A DNA stretch of 64,000 bases from Hypanus sabinus (GCF_030144855.1 NC_082714.1:154690001-154754000), one strand, 5' to 3'; shown: positions 27,978-40,365, counted from the first letter of the stretch. The notes: generated by a model from the letters alone, not told the origin. Made by a program: numbers and translations.

Positions 27978-28770
27978 ACACCTGCTGCCAGCACCCTCCG
28001 CATTGTTCATCCCCTTGGGGAATCCACGCCCCCCCTCCCCTCCATCAGCTCCATCATATAGGGAGTCACACCTGCTGCCAGCACCCTCCGCATTGTTCAT
28101 CCCCTTGGGGAATCCACGCCCCCCATCAGCTCCATCATATAGGGAGTCACACCTGCTGCCAGCACCCTCCGCATTGTTCGTCCCCTTGGGGAATCCACGC
28201 CCCCCATCAGCTCCATCATATAGGGAGTCACACCTGCTGTCAGCACCCTCTGCATTGTTCGTCCCCTTGGGGAATCCACGTTCCCCCCACCCCCCCCCAT
28301 CAGCTCCATCATATAGGGAGTCACACCTGCTGCCAGCACCCTCCGCATTGTTCATCCCCTTGGGGAATCCACGTTCCCCCCACCCCCCCCCATCAGCTCC
28401 ATCATATAGGGAGTCACACCTGCTGCCAGCACCCTCCGCATTGTTCATCCCCTTGGGGAATCCACGTCCCCCATCAGCTCCATCATATAGGGAGTCACAC
28501 CTGCTGCCAGCACCCTCTGCACTGTTCATCCCCTTGGGGAATCCACGCCCCCCCTCCATCAGCTCCATCATATAGGGAGTCACACCTGCTGCCAGCACCC
28601 TCTGCATTGTTCGTCCCCTTGGGGAATCCACGCCCCCCATCAGCTCCATCATATAGGGAGTCACACCTGCTGTCAACACCCTCTGCACTGTTCGTCCCCT
28701 TGGGGAATCCACGTCCCCCCCCCCCCCCCCCCCAATCAGCTCCATCATATAGGGAGTCACACCTGCTGAT
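27978..28770. repeat. Minisatellite, 9 units plus a partial unit, 81-96 bp each, inside Gypsy gag
   Basis: Anchor cctgctg at 27981, 28071, 28152, 28233, 28326, 28419, 28500, 28585, 28666, 28762; length varies in a C-rich tract. Confidence 0.97.
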
Positions 28771-29479
28771 AACAGCTGACATGTCTCCGTTCTCAGCTCT
28801 GCCACAGTTTCCTCTACCGCTCCCCGGGGTAGGTTGTTGGTGGTCACTTCACTACAGGGGACTACTACTGAGGACTGTAACCTGCTGATGGAGGTCTCCC
28901 ACACCTCCCACGCGTTCTCTTCCTCCTGTACCTCTCTGATCAGCTGAACAAAAGATGGAGGGGGGCGCGTCTTACGAGACTGTCGGAGACCCCAAGCAGT
29001 CAGGTCCTAAGACTGGGCCCCTGGCTATCTGGTCCACTTTTAACTGACCCACCTCAGCTACCTGAATGATCCCTCTGCGCTGCAAGCAATTTAGCTGCCT
29101 GTCTAGCTGAAAAATAAAAGCAGAAAGCTTCTCCCCTTTCTCCTGACGTATGTTCTGACACCCCACCATGAGCTCCATTGGGCTTCCTGTCAGGCCAAAA
29201 GCTTTATCCAGTGCTCGCATGTAATTGACAACTATCGCTATGGGATACCGCAACCTGGTGGCTGTCAACATCAGCAGCCTGCCCAGTCAAACTCTCAACT
29301 TTACATCATCAGAGCACTGCCACTCATCTAACCACTGAGAAGTCTGCTCCACCCAAGCCTCATAGTCCTCTTCCCTTTTAGGGTTGGGCATTATTCCAGA
29401 GAACAGGCAGAGCCTACCATAGCTGGGACTTTGAACCTGATTTTTCCATTTATTTGCCAGAGAAGTAAGGGCGGATACT

Positions 29480-29586
29480 AACAACATCCCTCTCATTGGA
29501 TAGCCCCACATTCCAAAACCCCGTTATCTCTAGTCATAACCTAAACATTGCTGCTACATAGCAGTGACACCTTACAGTGCATTACA
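29480..29586 (-). repeat. Truncated 5' LTR remnant (~107 bp)
   Basis: Shares aacaacatccctctcattggatagccc...cttacag with the other LTR and joins directly to gag. Confidence 0.85.
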
Positions 29587-31967
29587 CTTGCAAGTGGAAC
29601 AAGTGCTACATCTTCCCCTACACCACCTCCCTCACTACCATTCAGGGCCCCAAACAGTCCTACCAGGTGAAGCGACACTTCACCTGTGAGTCTGTTGGGG
29701 TCATCTACTGTATCTGGTGCTCTCGGTGTGGCCTCCTGTATGTTGGTGAGACCCAACGTAGATTGAGAGGCCACTTCGCCGAGCACCTACACTCTGTCCG
29801 GCGGAAAAAGTAGGATCTCCTAGTGGCCACCCATTTTAATTCCACTTCCCATTCTGACATGTACATCCATGGCCTCCTCTGCTGTCGTGATGAGGCTGCA
29901 CTCGGGTTCGTGGAACGGCATCTTATAATCAGTCTGGGTAGCTTCCATTCGGATGGCATGAGCATAGATTTCTCTAGCTTCCAGTAATACCCCTTCCAGT
30001 TATCGCCCCCCCCCCCATTCCCCATCCCCTTTTCTCTCTCTAACTTTATCTCGTTACCTGCCCATCACCCTTCTTTGGTGCTCCTCCCCTTTTTCTTTTC
30101 CTGTGGCCTTCTGTCCTCTCCTATCAGATACCCCCTTTCTCCAGCCCTATATCTCTTTCACCTATCACATGTTTCTCCCTTAACTCTGACTCATCTTTTT
30201 TCCTCCAGTGCTACTGAAGGGTCTCGGCCTGAAATGCCCACTGTACACTTTTCCATAGATGCTGGCTGGCCTGCTGAATTCCTCCAGGGTTCTGTGTGTG
30301 TTGCTGGGATTTCCAGCGTCTACAGATTTTCTCTTGTTTGTGACTCTTGTTAATTGATCACTGTAAATTGTCCTGTGATTAGGCTAGGGTTAAATAGGTG
30401 GAAGGCTGTGCAGTGTGGCTCATTGGACCAGAAGGGCCTGAACTGCTGTGTATTTATAAATTATGTTGATATGTTCCAGAACATCATGGTTCTCTCCTCT
30501 AAACTCACGAGTTTACATGTACCTTTCCATGTATTAACTGAAGACCCTGTGCAGTCAGTGGCTCTGCACTCAGACTACCACACTTATCCTCCTTGTGTAT
30601 GCTGCCACATATAATCTGCATAGCTCCAGTCATTGACTGTTGTGTCTTAAAACTATGCTGATTGGTGGATTCTGCTTTTCATTGCATTTTCTGATTTGTG
30701 GGAAGATTTGTTCTAGATATCTTAACCATATAACAATATGACAATTACAGCACTTCCTATGTGGCATCTTGCCTATTACCGTTAGCATGTAATTAAGCAG
30801 AATCAGACCCCAGGTGCATGCCTGGTACATCTACTGGGCTCTGTTGTCATTGGCGATTAACTAGGCTCTGAAAACTCTCACTTGTTCTTCAATTGCACTT
30901 ACTTTACAAGGAGAAAAGCCTGGCCTCTGTCACCAAATTGTCCTAAAGTTTGAACAAAGAAATACAGAAGCTGACTAGTTGGATACAGATGTTGGCCAGT
31001 TGGAGACCTTGTGGATATTCAATTCCTTATTAGGATAATCAATCATGAATTGCACTAATATAATACAGGTATTAATAGCCACTAGAATCTACACATTAAA
31101 GGCTAATCCTAATTTTGAAGTAGTAAAGTAACTGTCCAATAGTAACATGCGCAAAATGCTGGGAGAACTCAACAGGCCATGTAGCATCTATGGAAAAGAG
31201 TAAACAGTCAATATTTTGGCCAAGACCCTTCATCAGGACTGGAAAAAAAGATAGTTCAATAGTAACTGTCTTCATTTGCATCTTTATTTCCGTATATTAA
31301 ATGGTCCCCTGCTGTGCATAGGGAAGCAATGCTCTTCAAAGAGCTTTCTAGACTGTGATGGCTGCAGATTATCCGTAAACTGTCCTTGCCTGCACATTAT
31401 CTTAACCCTTGCCTTGTCAGACTAACTCACTAAAGTGGGACTGCTTAAAATCGCACACATCCATGGCGAACTCTGTGATTCCCAGTGAAACACCCTACTT
31501 ACATGTAAGCTGCACAAACTATAAAGGAATATGTGTACAAACTGAAATCATTTTAGTATCATTAGACCTTATAATGTCATTTCCATCTCAAGTACCAGCC
31601 TTTTCAGAGTTTTGATCTCATCATCATTATGTGCCATGTGGCATGACATGGGTGATCATGGTCTCCTGACCATGATTGTTCTTGGCAGATTTCTACAGGA
31701 GTGGTTTTCCATTGCCGCCTTCTGGGCAGTGTTTGCAAAGCCTGGGCTTGTGATATGCACCACTTTCTCATGGCATCTGCACCTTGCCCAAGGGTGACCT
31801 GCAGGCTAGTGGAAGTAAGGGGTGCATTTCACCTCCTTTGAGACATACCTCCACACTGTTATAGCTGCCCCAATTAGCCTTAATAACCTTTCTTCAAGGT
31901 TGAGGAGTCTGGGCATTGGCCATGGTTGCCTTTCCCTTTTGTTGTCAGGGTCTCTCTTTCCCATGTA

Positions 31968-33582
31968 CAGTTGCATGCAAAAGTTTGGGCACCCCTGCTC
32001 AAAATTTCTGCTACTGTAAATAGCTAAGCGAGTAAAAGATGACCTGATTTCCAAAAGGCATAAAGTTAAAGATGACACATTCCTTTAATATTTTAAGCAA
32101 GAATACTTTTATTTCCATCTTTTACAGTTTGAAACTAACAAAAAAGGAAAAGGGCCCAAAGCAAAAGTTTGGGCACCCTGCATGGTCAGTACTTAGTAAC
32201 ACCCCCTTTGGCAAGTATCGGAGCTTGTAAACGCTTTCTGTAGCCAGCTAAGAGTCTTTCAATTCTTGTTTGGGGGATTTTTGCCCATTCTTCCTTGCAA
32301 AAGGCTTCTAGTTCTGTGAGATTCTTGGGCCATCTTGCATGCACTGCTCTTTTGAGGTCTATCCGCATATTTTCGATGATGTTTAGGTTGGGGGACTCTG
32401 AGGGCCATGGCAAAACCTTCAGCTTGCGCCTCTTGAGGTTTTGGATTTTGAGGTGTGTTTAGGATCATTATCCTGTTGTAGAAGCCATCCTCTTTTCATC
32501 TTCAGTTTTTTTTAAACAGACGGTGTGATGTTCGCTTCCAGAATTTGCTGGTATTTAATTGAATTCATTCTTCCCTCTACCAGTGAAATGTTCCCCATGC
32601 CACTGGCTGCAACACAAGCCCAAAGCCTGATCGATCCATCCCCATGCTTAACAGTTGGAGAGGTGTTCTTTTCATGAAATTCTGCACCCTTTTTTCTCCA
32701 AACATACCTTTGCTTATTGTGGCCAAAAAGTTCTATTTTAATTTCATCAGTCCACAGGACTTGTTTCCAAAATGCATCAGGCTTGTTTAGATGTTCCTTT
32801 GCAAACTTCTGATGCTGAATTTCATGGTGAGGACGCAGGAAAGGTTTTCCACTGATGACTCTTCCATGAAGGTCATATTTGGGCAGGTGTCACTGCACAG
32901 TAGAACAGTGCACCACCACTCCAGAGTCTGCTAAATCTTCCTGCAGGTCTTTTGCAGTCAAACGGGGGTTTTGATTTGCCTTTCTAGCAATCCTACGAGC
33001 AGTTCTCTCGGAAAGTTTTCTTGGTCTTCCAGACCTCAACTTGACCTCCACCATTCCTGTTAACTGCAGTTTCTTAATTACAAACTAAGGAAACGGCTAC
33101 CTGAAAGCACTTTGCTATCTTCTTATAGCCTTCTCCTGCTTTGTGGGCATCATTTATTTTAATTTTCAGAGTGCTAGGCAACTGCTTAGAGGAGCCCATG
33201 GCTGCTGATTGTTGGGACAAGGTTTGAGGAGTCAGGGTATTTATAAAGCTTTGAAATTTGTATCTGCTGGCCTTTCCTAACGATGACTGTGAACAAGCCA
33301 TAGCCCTAACAAGCTAATTAAGGTCTGAGACCTTGGTAAAAGTTATCTGAGAGCTCAAATCTCTTGGGGTGCCCAAACATTTGCATGGCGCTCCTTTCCT
33401 TTTTTTTTCACTCTTAAAATTGTACAAAACAAAAGTAATACACTAATCTTGCTTAAAATGTTGAAAAGAATGTTTCATCTTTAACTTTATGATTTCTGGA
33501 GATCAGTTCATCGTCTACTCACTTAACTATTCACAGTAACAGAAATTTTGACCAGGCATGCCCAAACTTTTGCATGCCACTG
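31968..33582 (-). mobile_element. Full-length Tc1-family DNA transposon (IR/DR type), disrupted DD34E transposase 33199-32186
   Basis: TA TSDs; TIRs cagttgcatgcaaaagtttgggca / tgcccaaacttttgcatgccactg; inner DRs at ~32161 and ~33366; motifs LWTDE, QQDNDPKH, WPSESPNLNIIEN, KGGVTKY*. Confidence 0.95.
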
Positions 33583-35043
33583 TATATAGATGTTAGATAT
33601 TTACCTTGAGCCACTGTGTGTGCTCTGAACTATATATGCATTTAAGGAGCCAAGGGCTCTTTGTGTCCCAATCATGTTAGCATCTTGTTCTCCAAAGCGG
33701 GCTTGCTCTGGGTGAAAACTGAGGACTCACCATGGGACCTTGAACCTCTTTGTCTGCTCGCAAATGTACTGTGACTGTGTACAGGACACTTCTGCAAATT
33801 TGGATGCAGCAATGTAAGGGTTGGTAGAATTAGTTGCTGAAATGCATTGTGAATGTTTGTTGTATTTGTGTTAATTTGCTCCAATGTCTTAGGGTCTTAA
33901 TAATTAAAGGTATAGTTTTTGTTCAAATAATCCCAAGTTACCTTACCAGTGAAGGTTTTCTCCTTGGTTTAGGGGGCAGGGGAAGAAACGTGAGTCACAA
34001 ATTTTTCAACTTACAAAGAAGGACTACTGCGTGGAGTAATTTGGGTATTAAATTATTCATGAACCCTATCTCTGAAGTGGAGACCTGAAATGATTTACAA
34101 AATTGTGTCCGACCATGCACGAATTAAACCAAAAGCACTCTTAGGATGTAGAATTCTGTGCTGTGTTTTAGGTCAAAAATATGTAATTTGTTTTGTCAAT
34201 CACTGCAACTCATTTATTCTCTAGAATAAATGTTGATCAAGAAGGCATATTTTAAAAAGTTTAGAAAAGTGATAAACCACGTTACATTAAACGTCAGTAC
34301 AGTTACAAGCCCCTCAGACTACAATGGGTGCGCCAAAGACAATGCAGAATGAATGTAATTATCTGCAAGTGATCCATATCTTTACATTCCTTGCTTATCT
34401 GTGTGTCTTAAACTGCCTTTTAAATGCCATTATTGTATCTGCTTCCACTCTCCCGGCAGTCCATTCCAGACAAGTTTTTTTTTAAAAACTTGTCCTGCAC
34501 GTCTTTAATCTTCCTCCCCTCTCACCTTAAATTGACATTTTTACTCTATCTATGCTTCTCAATCTTTCTACTAGGAGTCACCTCCGCATCTGGTGCTTCA
34601 CAGTTTTGAGTATTCGCTGATCTTAATCTAATCTTTGCACAGTATCCATCTTTTATAAGACATGGGGACAGAATTAGGCCATTTGGCCATTGAGTCTGTT
34701 CTGCCATCCCACCATGGTTGATTTATTATTCCTTAAACCCATTCTCCTCGTAACCTTTGATGCCCTGACTAATCAGGAACTATTGACCTCTGCTTTAACT
34801 ATACTATGTCATTGGGTACTAAATCCTGGTGAATTCTGTAAGTGGTATTTTCCAGGACACTTACTCTATTGGATTAATGTTTGCTTATTACATTTAATGT
34901 TCAGACAATATATTGTTCATTAGACAATATTCCCACTGCAGCAACTCCAGATAATTCTGCCAGATGGAACACAGGGCTTTGACCTGTAGCTCAGAAATGG
35001 TCACTGCTGTTTTAATAATAGCCTCTTTTCTTGTTTCTCCTAG

Positions 35044-35096
35044 ACACCAGCACAGCCACCAGCCCTACACAAACAAAACGAAGGAAATCCAAATAA
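35044..35096 (+). CDS. NCOA6: NCOA6 terminal coding exon (DTSTATSPTQTKRRKSK*)
   Basis: ttgtttctcctag| acceptor; ends in KRRKSK-stop as human NCOA6 does; TAA at 35094-35096. Confidence 0.93.
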
Positions 35097-35449
35097 AATC
35101 TCTCAATTGTAAACCTGTGAAAGTGTAAATGTTTGTGAATTTAAATAATTTTTCCAAGCTACTTTTCTATCATGAAATTGTGTATAGAGTACTGTTTTAA
35201 TATTTGTCCCACTGAAATGTGACTTGAAAGAATTTTTTGAATCCTGAATCTGTTTAAACAAGGTCGTACAGCCAGTAAAATCCCCCACTGGAACATAACT
35301 GTACTGGTAATTTTTGCAAAGATAAAGTTGTCAGATTTTGTCACTGTCACCAACCTTGGTAAAATATAGTATGTTATTTTTAATTTGATATTTACTGTTA
35401 AATTGTGTTAAGTCTTAAATACTGTATGTGAATATTTGTATAAGGGTGT

Positions 35450-35455
35450 AATAAA
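35450..35455 (+). terminator. Putative NCOA6 polyadenylation signal AATAAA
   Basis: Canonical hexamer ~350 nt after the stop, following U-rich/UGUA elements. Confidence 0.65.
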
Positions 35456-37987
35456 GCCCATCCCCACTGGATGTTGAGTGTGAAGCAGAATCCCTTACCA
35501 GCAAGTTAGTTCACTCTATTTATATAGTCACATACCTTTTGAAATGGGGAAAATATTCTCTATCCATTCTTTGAGTGTTAAAATGGAGTCTGGTCCCACC
35601 AATAGCTGTTGATGTCTCTAGTGCCAGTGGCAAACAGACTTTCAAAGTATGGAGTAGATGAGATCCCTCTACAGACTGCTGTTGAGTACGGCTCACAAAA
35701 AATACTAAACAGCGGAGGGCAGTTGTAATAATTTTAATTATGTTGGTAATTTGCTTACACTCTTCACCCCAGTCTATTTTACACTAATAAGATTTTGTAC
35801 AGATGTGTAGTTTGCCCCACTTGTATCAATAACATTAAATGTTCAAATGAAAATTAGTTGCAAATCTTGGTTATAGCCATTTGTTATATTTGGCAACCCA
35901 GTTCTTGGCCAGGCAGGTACTTCAGATTGCAATCGTGTAAAGGGTGTTTGTTTTTCTCCCAGTGAAATTGTAGGAAATGTGATTTGCAGATTACAACAGA
36001 AAAACACTTCTCTGCTAATTGGGTGATCTTAAAGTCAGCACCCCTTTCCTATTTTACTCTGTTTGGACATGCTCAATGATGGGACCTGAGATAGGGAATT
36101 TTAAATGCTTACAGCCATCTAGGGAAAGAAACATTCCAATTCCAATCTAGTTGATATCTTCCTTATGAGACTGGGATTTAGAGCCTTGGGATATCCAAAT
36201 TTCACAACATATTACAGTATTTGATTCCTACCAGGGAAAGCAATTTCTCTCATCCATACCATCAAGACTTGTGCATCTTTCAGTGAGATCACCTTCCAAC
36301 CTTCCCAGCTGTGTATCTGTTAATTGCTGCCTCTATTATAGAATGAATCTAGTATACCTTGAGTCTTCTCTATTTCAAATACCTCCTGAAAATAAGTCTA
36401 GTCCAAACTATATTGCTTTTTAACCACAAACTCAACATTGCTCTACATAACTACTTCATGAAACCTCTACTTTTGTTCTCAAACCAGTTTGAGATACAGG
36501 CCAACATATTGGTACCTTCATTGCTTGCTTGTTTTTGTACAGTGACTTAGTGACTCAGGTATGAGGTGGACCATCTGCAGACCTTTCAAACTTTTCAACC
36601 TTTCACTATTCAAAATTGCTATTTTGTTTTTCCTCCATCCAAATAGATAAACTGGCACTTTATGCAGTCTGTTTCCCACATCCTTGCCTATCTACTCCAA
36701 ATGGGATCTGACCAATGATCTTACAAAGCCTTGTTAGTGGTAAGCTAATAAGATGTTAAATAGTCAATAAGACCTCTGGCTGGCCGAGGGAGGAGTGTTA
36801 CCTCTACTAAGTATTAAAGGCAATTGTAACTTTAGTACTTAATTTTGTTTTGAATTGAGAGAGATAGCATAATAACAGATTCTAACTAGACCAGAGAGCC
36901 TGCCACATCCAAATAATCAATTAACCAGTTGCTGTTACACTAATCACTACACTAGTCGGTGTCTGTCCACTAAAGCCTTTTGGAAGGAGAAATTTTTATT
37001 TTTCTATGTTTAAAGATTTAGACAATTACTAAACACATTAAGGACACAATGCAATAGTTTTTGGAAAAAGTGATATTTTATATATGAAAATAATGAAATT
37101 CCCACAGTCAGTAAGTGGCTATAATAACAAGCACTACTGCAACATCCATAATCCAGTTACATTTCACACTTCCAATATTTAGAAACAGTTTGAAAACAGT
37201 TGAGACAAAAAAAAAACACACACACACAAGCTGCCCTTTGTTTTGCATAGGACTTTACTTTTGCAATTCAAATGTCAATTTCTGTTCATGTATACACATC
37301 TTGAATTAAAATCCCCTCCCCTCACTTCAGCCCCAGAATGGAAGGCACGTACACAAATCAATACATGGGAGGTAAACTTGCTGAACACAAGCTGTATAAC
37401 TAATTTTTTTAGTACATTTATTTTATTAAATGGCTGCATATACTGACAATACTGCATCCAAAGATGTTTGACGTCGAGATCTCTGCCATCAACCCTGGTG
37501 CCCACACTGCTGCGGCCAGATCACATTGTGTGCAACAATCCACCGTTCGCACACTTCCCTGCAGAAATGAAACCGTTTCGGTGTGGATGTGTTTCTTTTC
37601 GTTAAGAGTCACTGGCCAACAGTATTGTCAATGAATGCCCACAACATAATAGATGACACATTCAGATTGCAGTTAGAACAAGGACCCAGACACTATGCTA
37701 ACTAAAATTATGTAGTTTCTCAGCAGTACACAATTAATAATAGAACCACAAAATTTAAAAGACAGAACACTCTAGTATTGTGTTTTATTCTAAGATTTGT
37801 AGTATGGCATTTTAGTGCTAATTAGATGTGCATGATGCAGTATCTAATGTTTAAATATTATACATCAGAAAACAAAATGAAAAATATCCAGAAAAATTTA
37901 GAAAATTAAGGTGATACTGGAAATAAAACTAAAGAGGGATTACTATTGAGAGCTCATCCAGAGGCACATATGAGCAAAGATCTAATG

Positions 37988-38374
37988 CAGGGGTCCCCAA
38001 CCTTTTATATGCCATAGAGCATAGGTGTCAAACTCAAGGCCCGCGGGCCTTATCCAGCCCGGCGTACAATTGTAACCCGCCCGTGAGATCATTTTAGATA
38101 GATCTATTATTTTAATTATTAATGGCCCGGCGATATGAAGCCTATGATTGTAAGTTAATTCCAATCATAAAAATAATGCTTGCTCAGCAGTCTTGAAGTG
38201 AAACACTTTGTAGTTATAGCAGAGACTGAGACACATGAGAACAGGCTGAAAAAACGGAGGCAATGAAAGCTGCGTTCGCACGCGCCCGACTGATCCGGCC
38301 CGCGACCTAAAATGATTTTGACACCCCTGCCATAGAGCATTACTATTACACAACCCCAGGTTGAGAAACCCCTG
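37988..38374. mobile_element. Tiny hAT MITE (outer), perfect 8-bp TSD ATCTAATG
   Basis: TIRs caggggtccccaacct / aggttgagaaacccctg; TSD at 37980-87 and 38375-82. Confidence 0.9.
38020..38329. mobile_element. hAT MITE (inner, 310 bp), perfect 8-bp TSD CCATAGAG
   Basis: TIRs cataggtgtcaaa / tttgacacccctg; TSD at 38012-19 and 38330-37. Confidence 0.92.
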
Positions 38375-40264
38375 ATCTAATGGATTAATTAGCCTGTTTC
38401 AACCTTGTAACATTCTCCTTTTGAAATTTCACTACTGAAATCCAAAGTTGCTTCTTTTGCATTGAGGATTTTACATTTCAAAGCCACAGCTTGGTGAAAG
38501 GGGAAAAGAGCAGAAATGCCATTTTTTAAAGTATTAGCTCCACCTACCCCTATAAAAGTATTGCTTTAAGTTCAGGTAATATAGATATATATAAACTTCA
38601 AGCAATGCACAGAGGACTGAGTGTTGAACATCAACCCTTACACTAGACAGAAATTAACTGCTTCTTAAGTACAAAACAGCACGGCGTAGGCCCTTCCGGC
38701 CCTTATAGCCAGCAATCCAACTTTCTAAACATTATCCTAATCACAGGATAATTTACAATGATCAATTACCCTGCTAACCAGCATGTCTTTGGACTGTGGG
38801 AGGAAACGCACATCATGGGGAGAACGTACAAACTCCTCACAGGTGGCGCCGGCATTGAACTCCCAACGCCCTGAGCTGTAATACTACTGTGGTGTCCCTA
38901 AATCAGACAATTTCAATCTTGATCACATTCAAGGACTTGTAATTAAAGATATGTTCCTCTCAAATAGACCAAGCAATTGCGGTTTAGAAGTTTGTCACAG
39001 ACCAAGTGAACTAAAGCTTAACAATGCAAAACAATGATCTTGAAAGGTGGAGATTCATCTGTCGAGGTTTCCAACCAAGTTCATCACCTCATTGTGATAG
39101 ACTGGATACAATAACTTAGCACTGACAGAAAATTATTAGTTAATGAAGCCGCTGCTTTATCCAAACAGTAGCGATCTTCATCCTGAGAGAAAAGTTACTA
39201 TTACTCCACATTAACCACCCGAAATCCATGATGAATAGGAGCCCAAAAACAAAAGATTATGTACATTAGCCTCATGTTTCTTATTTATATGGATATTAAT
39301 TTAAATTAACAAACACACTGCATTGTGGAGTATTGTCCCTGAGAGAGCCTGTGCTGTGTAGTTTAGCATGAAAAACTGTAGCTCACAAAACACATTTATC
39401 CTTAAATAAATTATTCAGAAACATACATCTGTAAAACACTCTCATCCCAGTCACTGACAAGTAATTCTATTTCAGAGCACTGATCTCAACAGCAGCACAG
39501 CAGAAACTTCAAAACCTTTAGTTGTTGTAATCAAGAAATAATACTGTCCACAAACTCACATGTTTTCTGTTACAAAATAAAATTGTATTATTCTATCAGT
39601 TCAGCACCACACTTGGATAGATCCATAGTCAGACTGTAGTATAAGGACTTTCTTTTATAACAAGGCATTCAGTACAAGTTAGTAGGTAGATACGAATTGC
39701 TCTTGAAAGCCCCAGTTACACCAGTAGAGAGAGGTTCAGTGCACTGAGTATTTAATCAAAGCATCTCAAACACACCACATTTATCATTGGAGTCAGAAGC
39801 ATACCACCGGCACCCCACAAGCATTGTTCATTCAAAACTGGAGAAAGTTCATCTTTAAGGGGAAGCAATTAAAAAGCTAAACATTCTTAGCATCGCTGAC
39901 AAGCTGGAGATTGGGATGGAGGCATCCAAAACTAGCACGAATAGACTGCAAAACCAAAGGGGCCCAAGAAGATTTGACAATGGAAGCTATCATCCACAAA
40001 ATGAACAGAATTATTCCAAATGCACAGTGGTTTTCTCAGCACCTTGAATGCAAAGGTCACAGTACATAATGGAACCCTTTGTTAGATCTCAGTAGCATAT
40101 TTTTTTTTGGTTCATTTCAGAGTTCCAGCATTCATGTACACAATCTGCATTGCATGTTACTTTTGTTTGGTAGTATTCATTCTGATACACTATTTCTGGG
40201 CTGTACTTTCCTGAGGCTACATCCCATTAAATGCAGCTAGTTTAAATAATGGGTGATCTCACTA

Positions 40265-40365
40265 CAACACACACAAAATGCTGGTGGAACTCAGCAGTTC
40301 AGGCAGCATCTATGGAGAGGAATAAACAGCTGACATTTTGGGCCGAGACCCTTCATCAGGATTGG
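40265..40365 (-). mobile_element. Short Penelope-derived terminus with hammerhead-like motif in the TP53INP2 3'UTR
   Basis: Minus strand reads CTGATGA-a-gggtctcggccc-AAAA-t-GTC. Confidence 0.7.

Larger units (their letters stand above)
23758..29586 (-). mobile_element. Decayed Ty3/Gypsy LTR retrotransposon with PNMA-like gag
   Basis: Termini TGTAAT...ATTACA with 4-bp TSD CTTG (23754-57 / 29587-90). Minus-strand fragments: gag (RLCLFSG...EEDYEAWVEQ), protease (ILDTG), RT (LDLRSGYYQ, YLDD), RNase H (LHTDAS, LEFLALKW), integrase (HDDSGH..C..C, ERFNR). Many stops, frameshifts and deletions. Confidence 0.95.
23625..30350 (+). mobile_element. Penelope-like element fragment (23625-23757 + 29587-30350) split by the Gypsy insertion
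   Basis: Removing the Gypsy restores ...ggcacttatccttgcaagtggaacaagtgctac; ORF RHFTCESVGVIYCIWCSRCGLLYVGETQRRLRGHFAEH. Confidence 0.88.

Noticed and set aside
27978-28770. CRISPR-like repeat-spacer array
   Set aside because: The variable parts are only C-rich tract length changes, not unique spacers; there are no cas genes; the context is a eukaryotic Gypsy gag.
27822-28904. Long ORFs (360, 319, 190 aa) as novel genes
   Set aside because: They arise from a stop-free tandem unit within a decayed retrotransposon, with no independent evidence of expression.
28972-29511. Domesticated PNMA-like host gene
   Set aside because: Frameshifted, truncated, and still flanked by pol, LTRs and a TSD.
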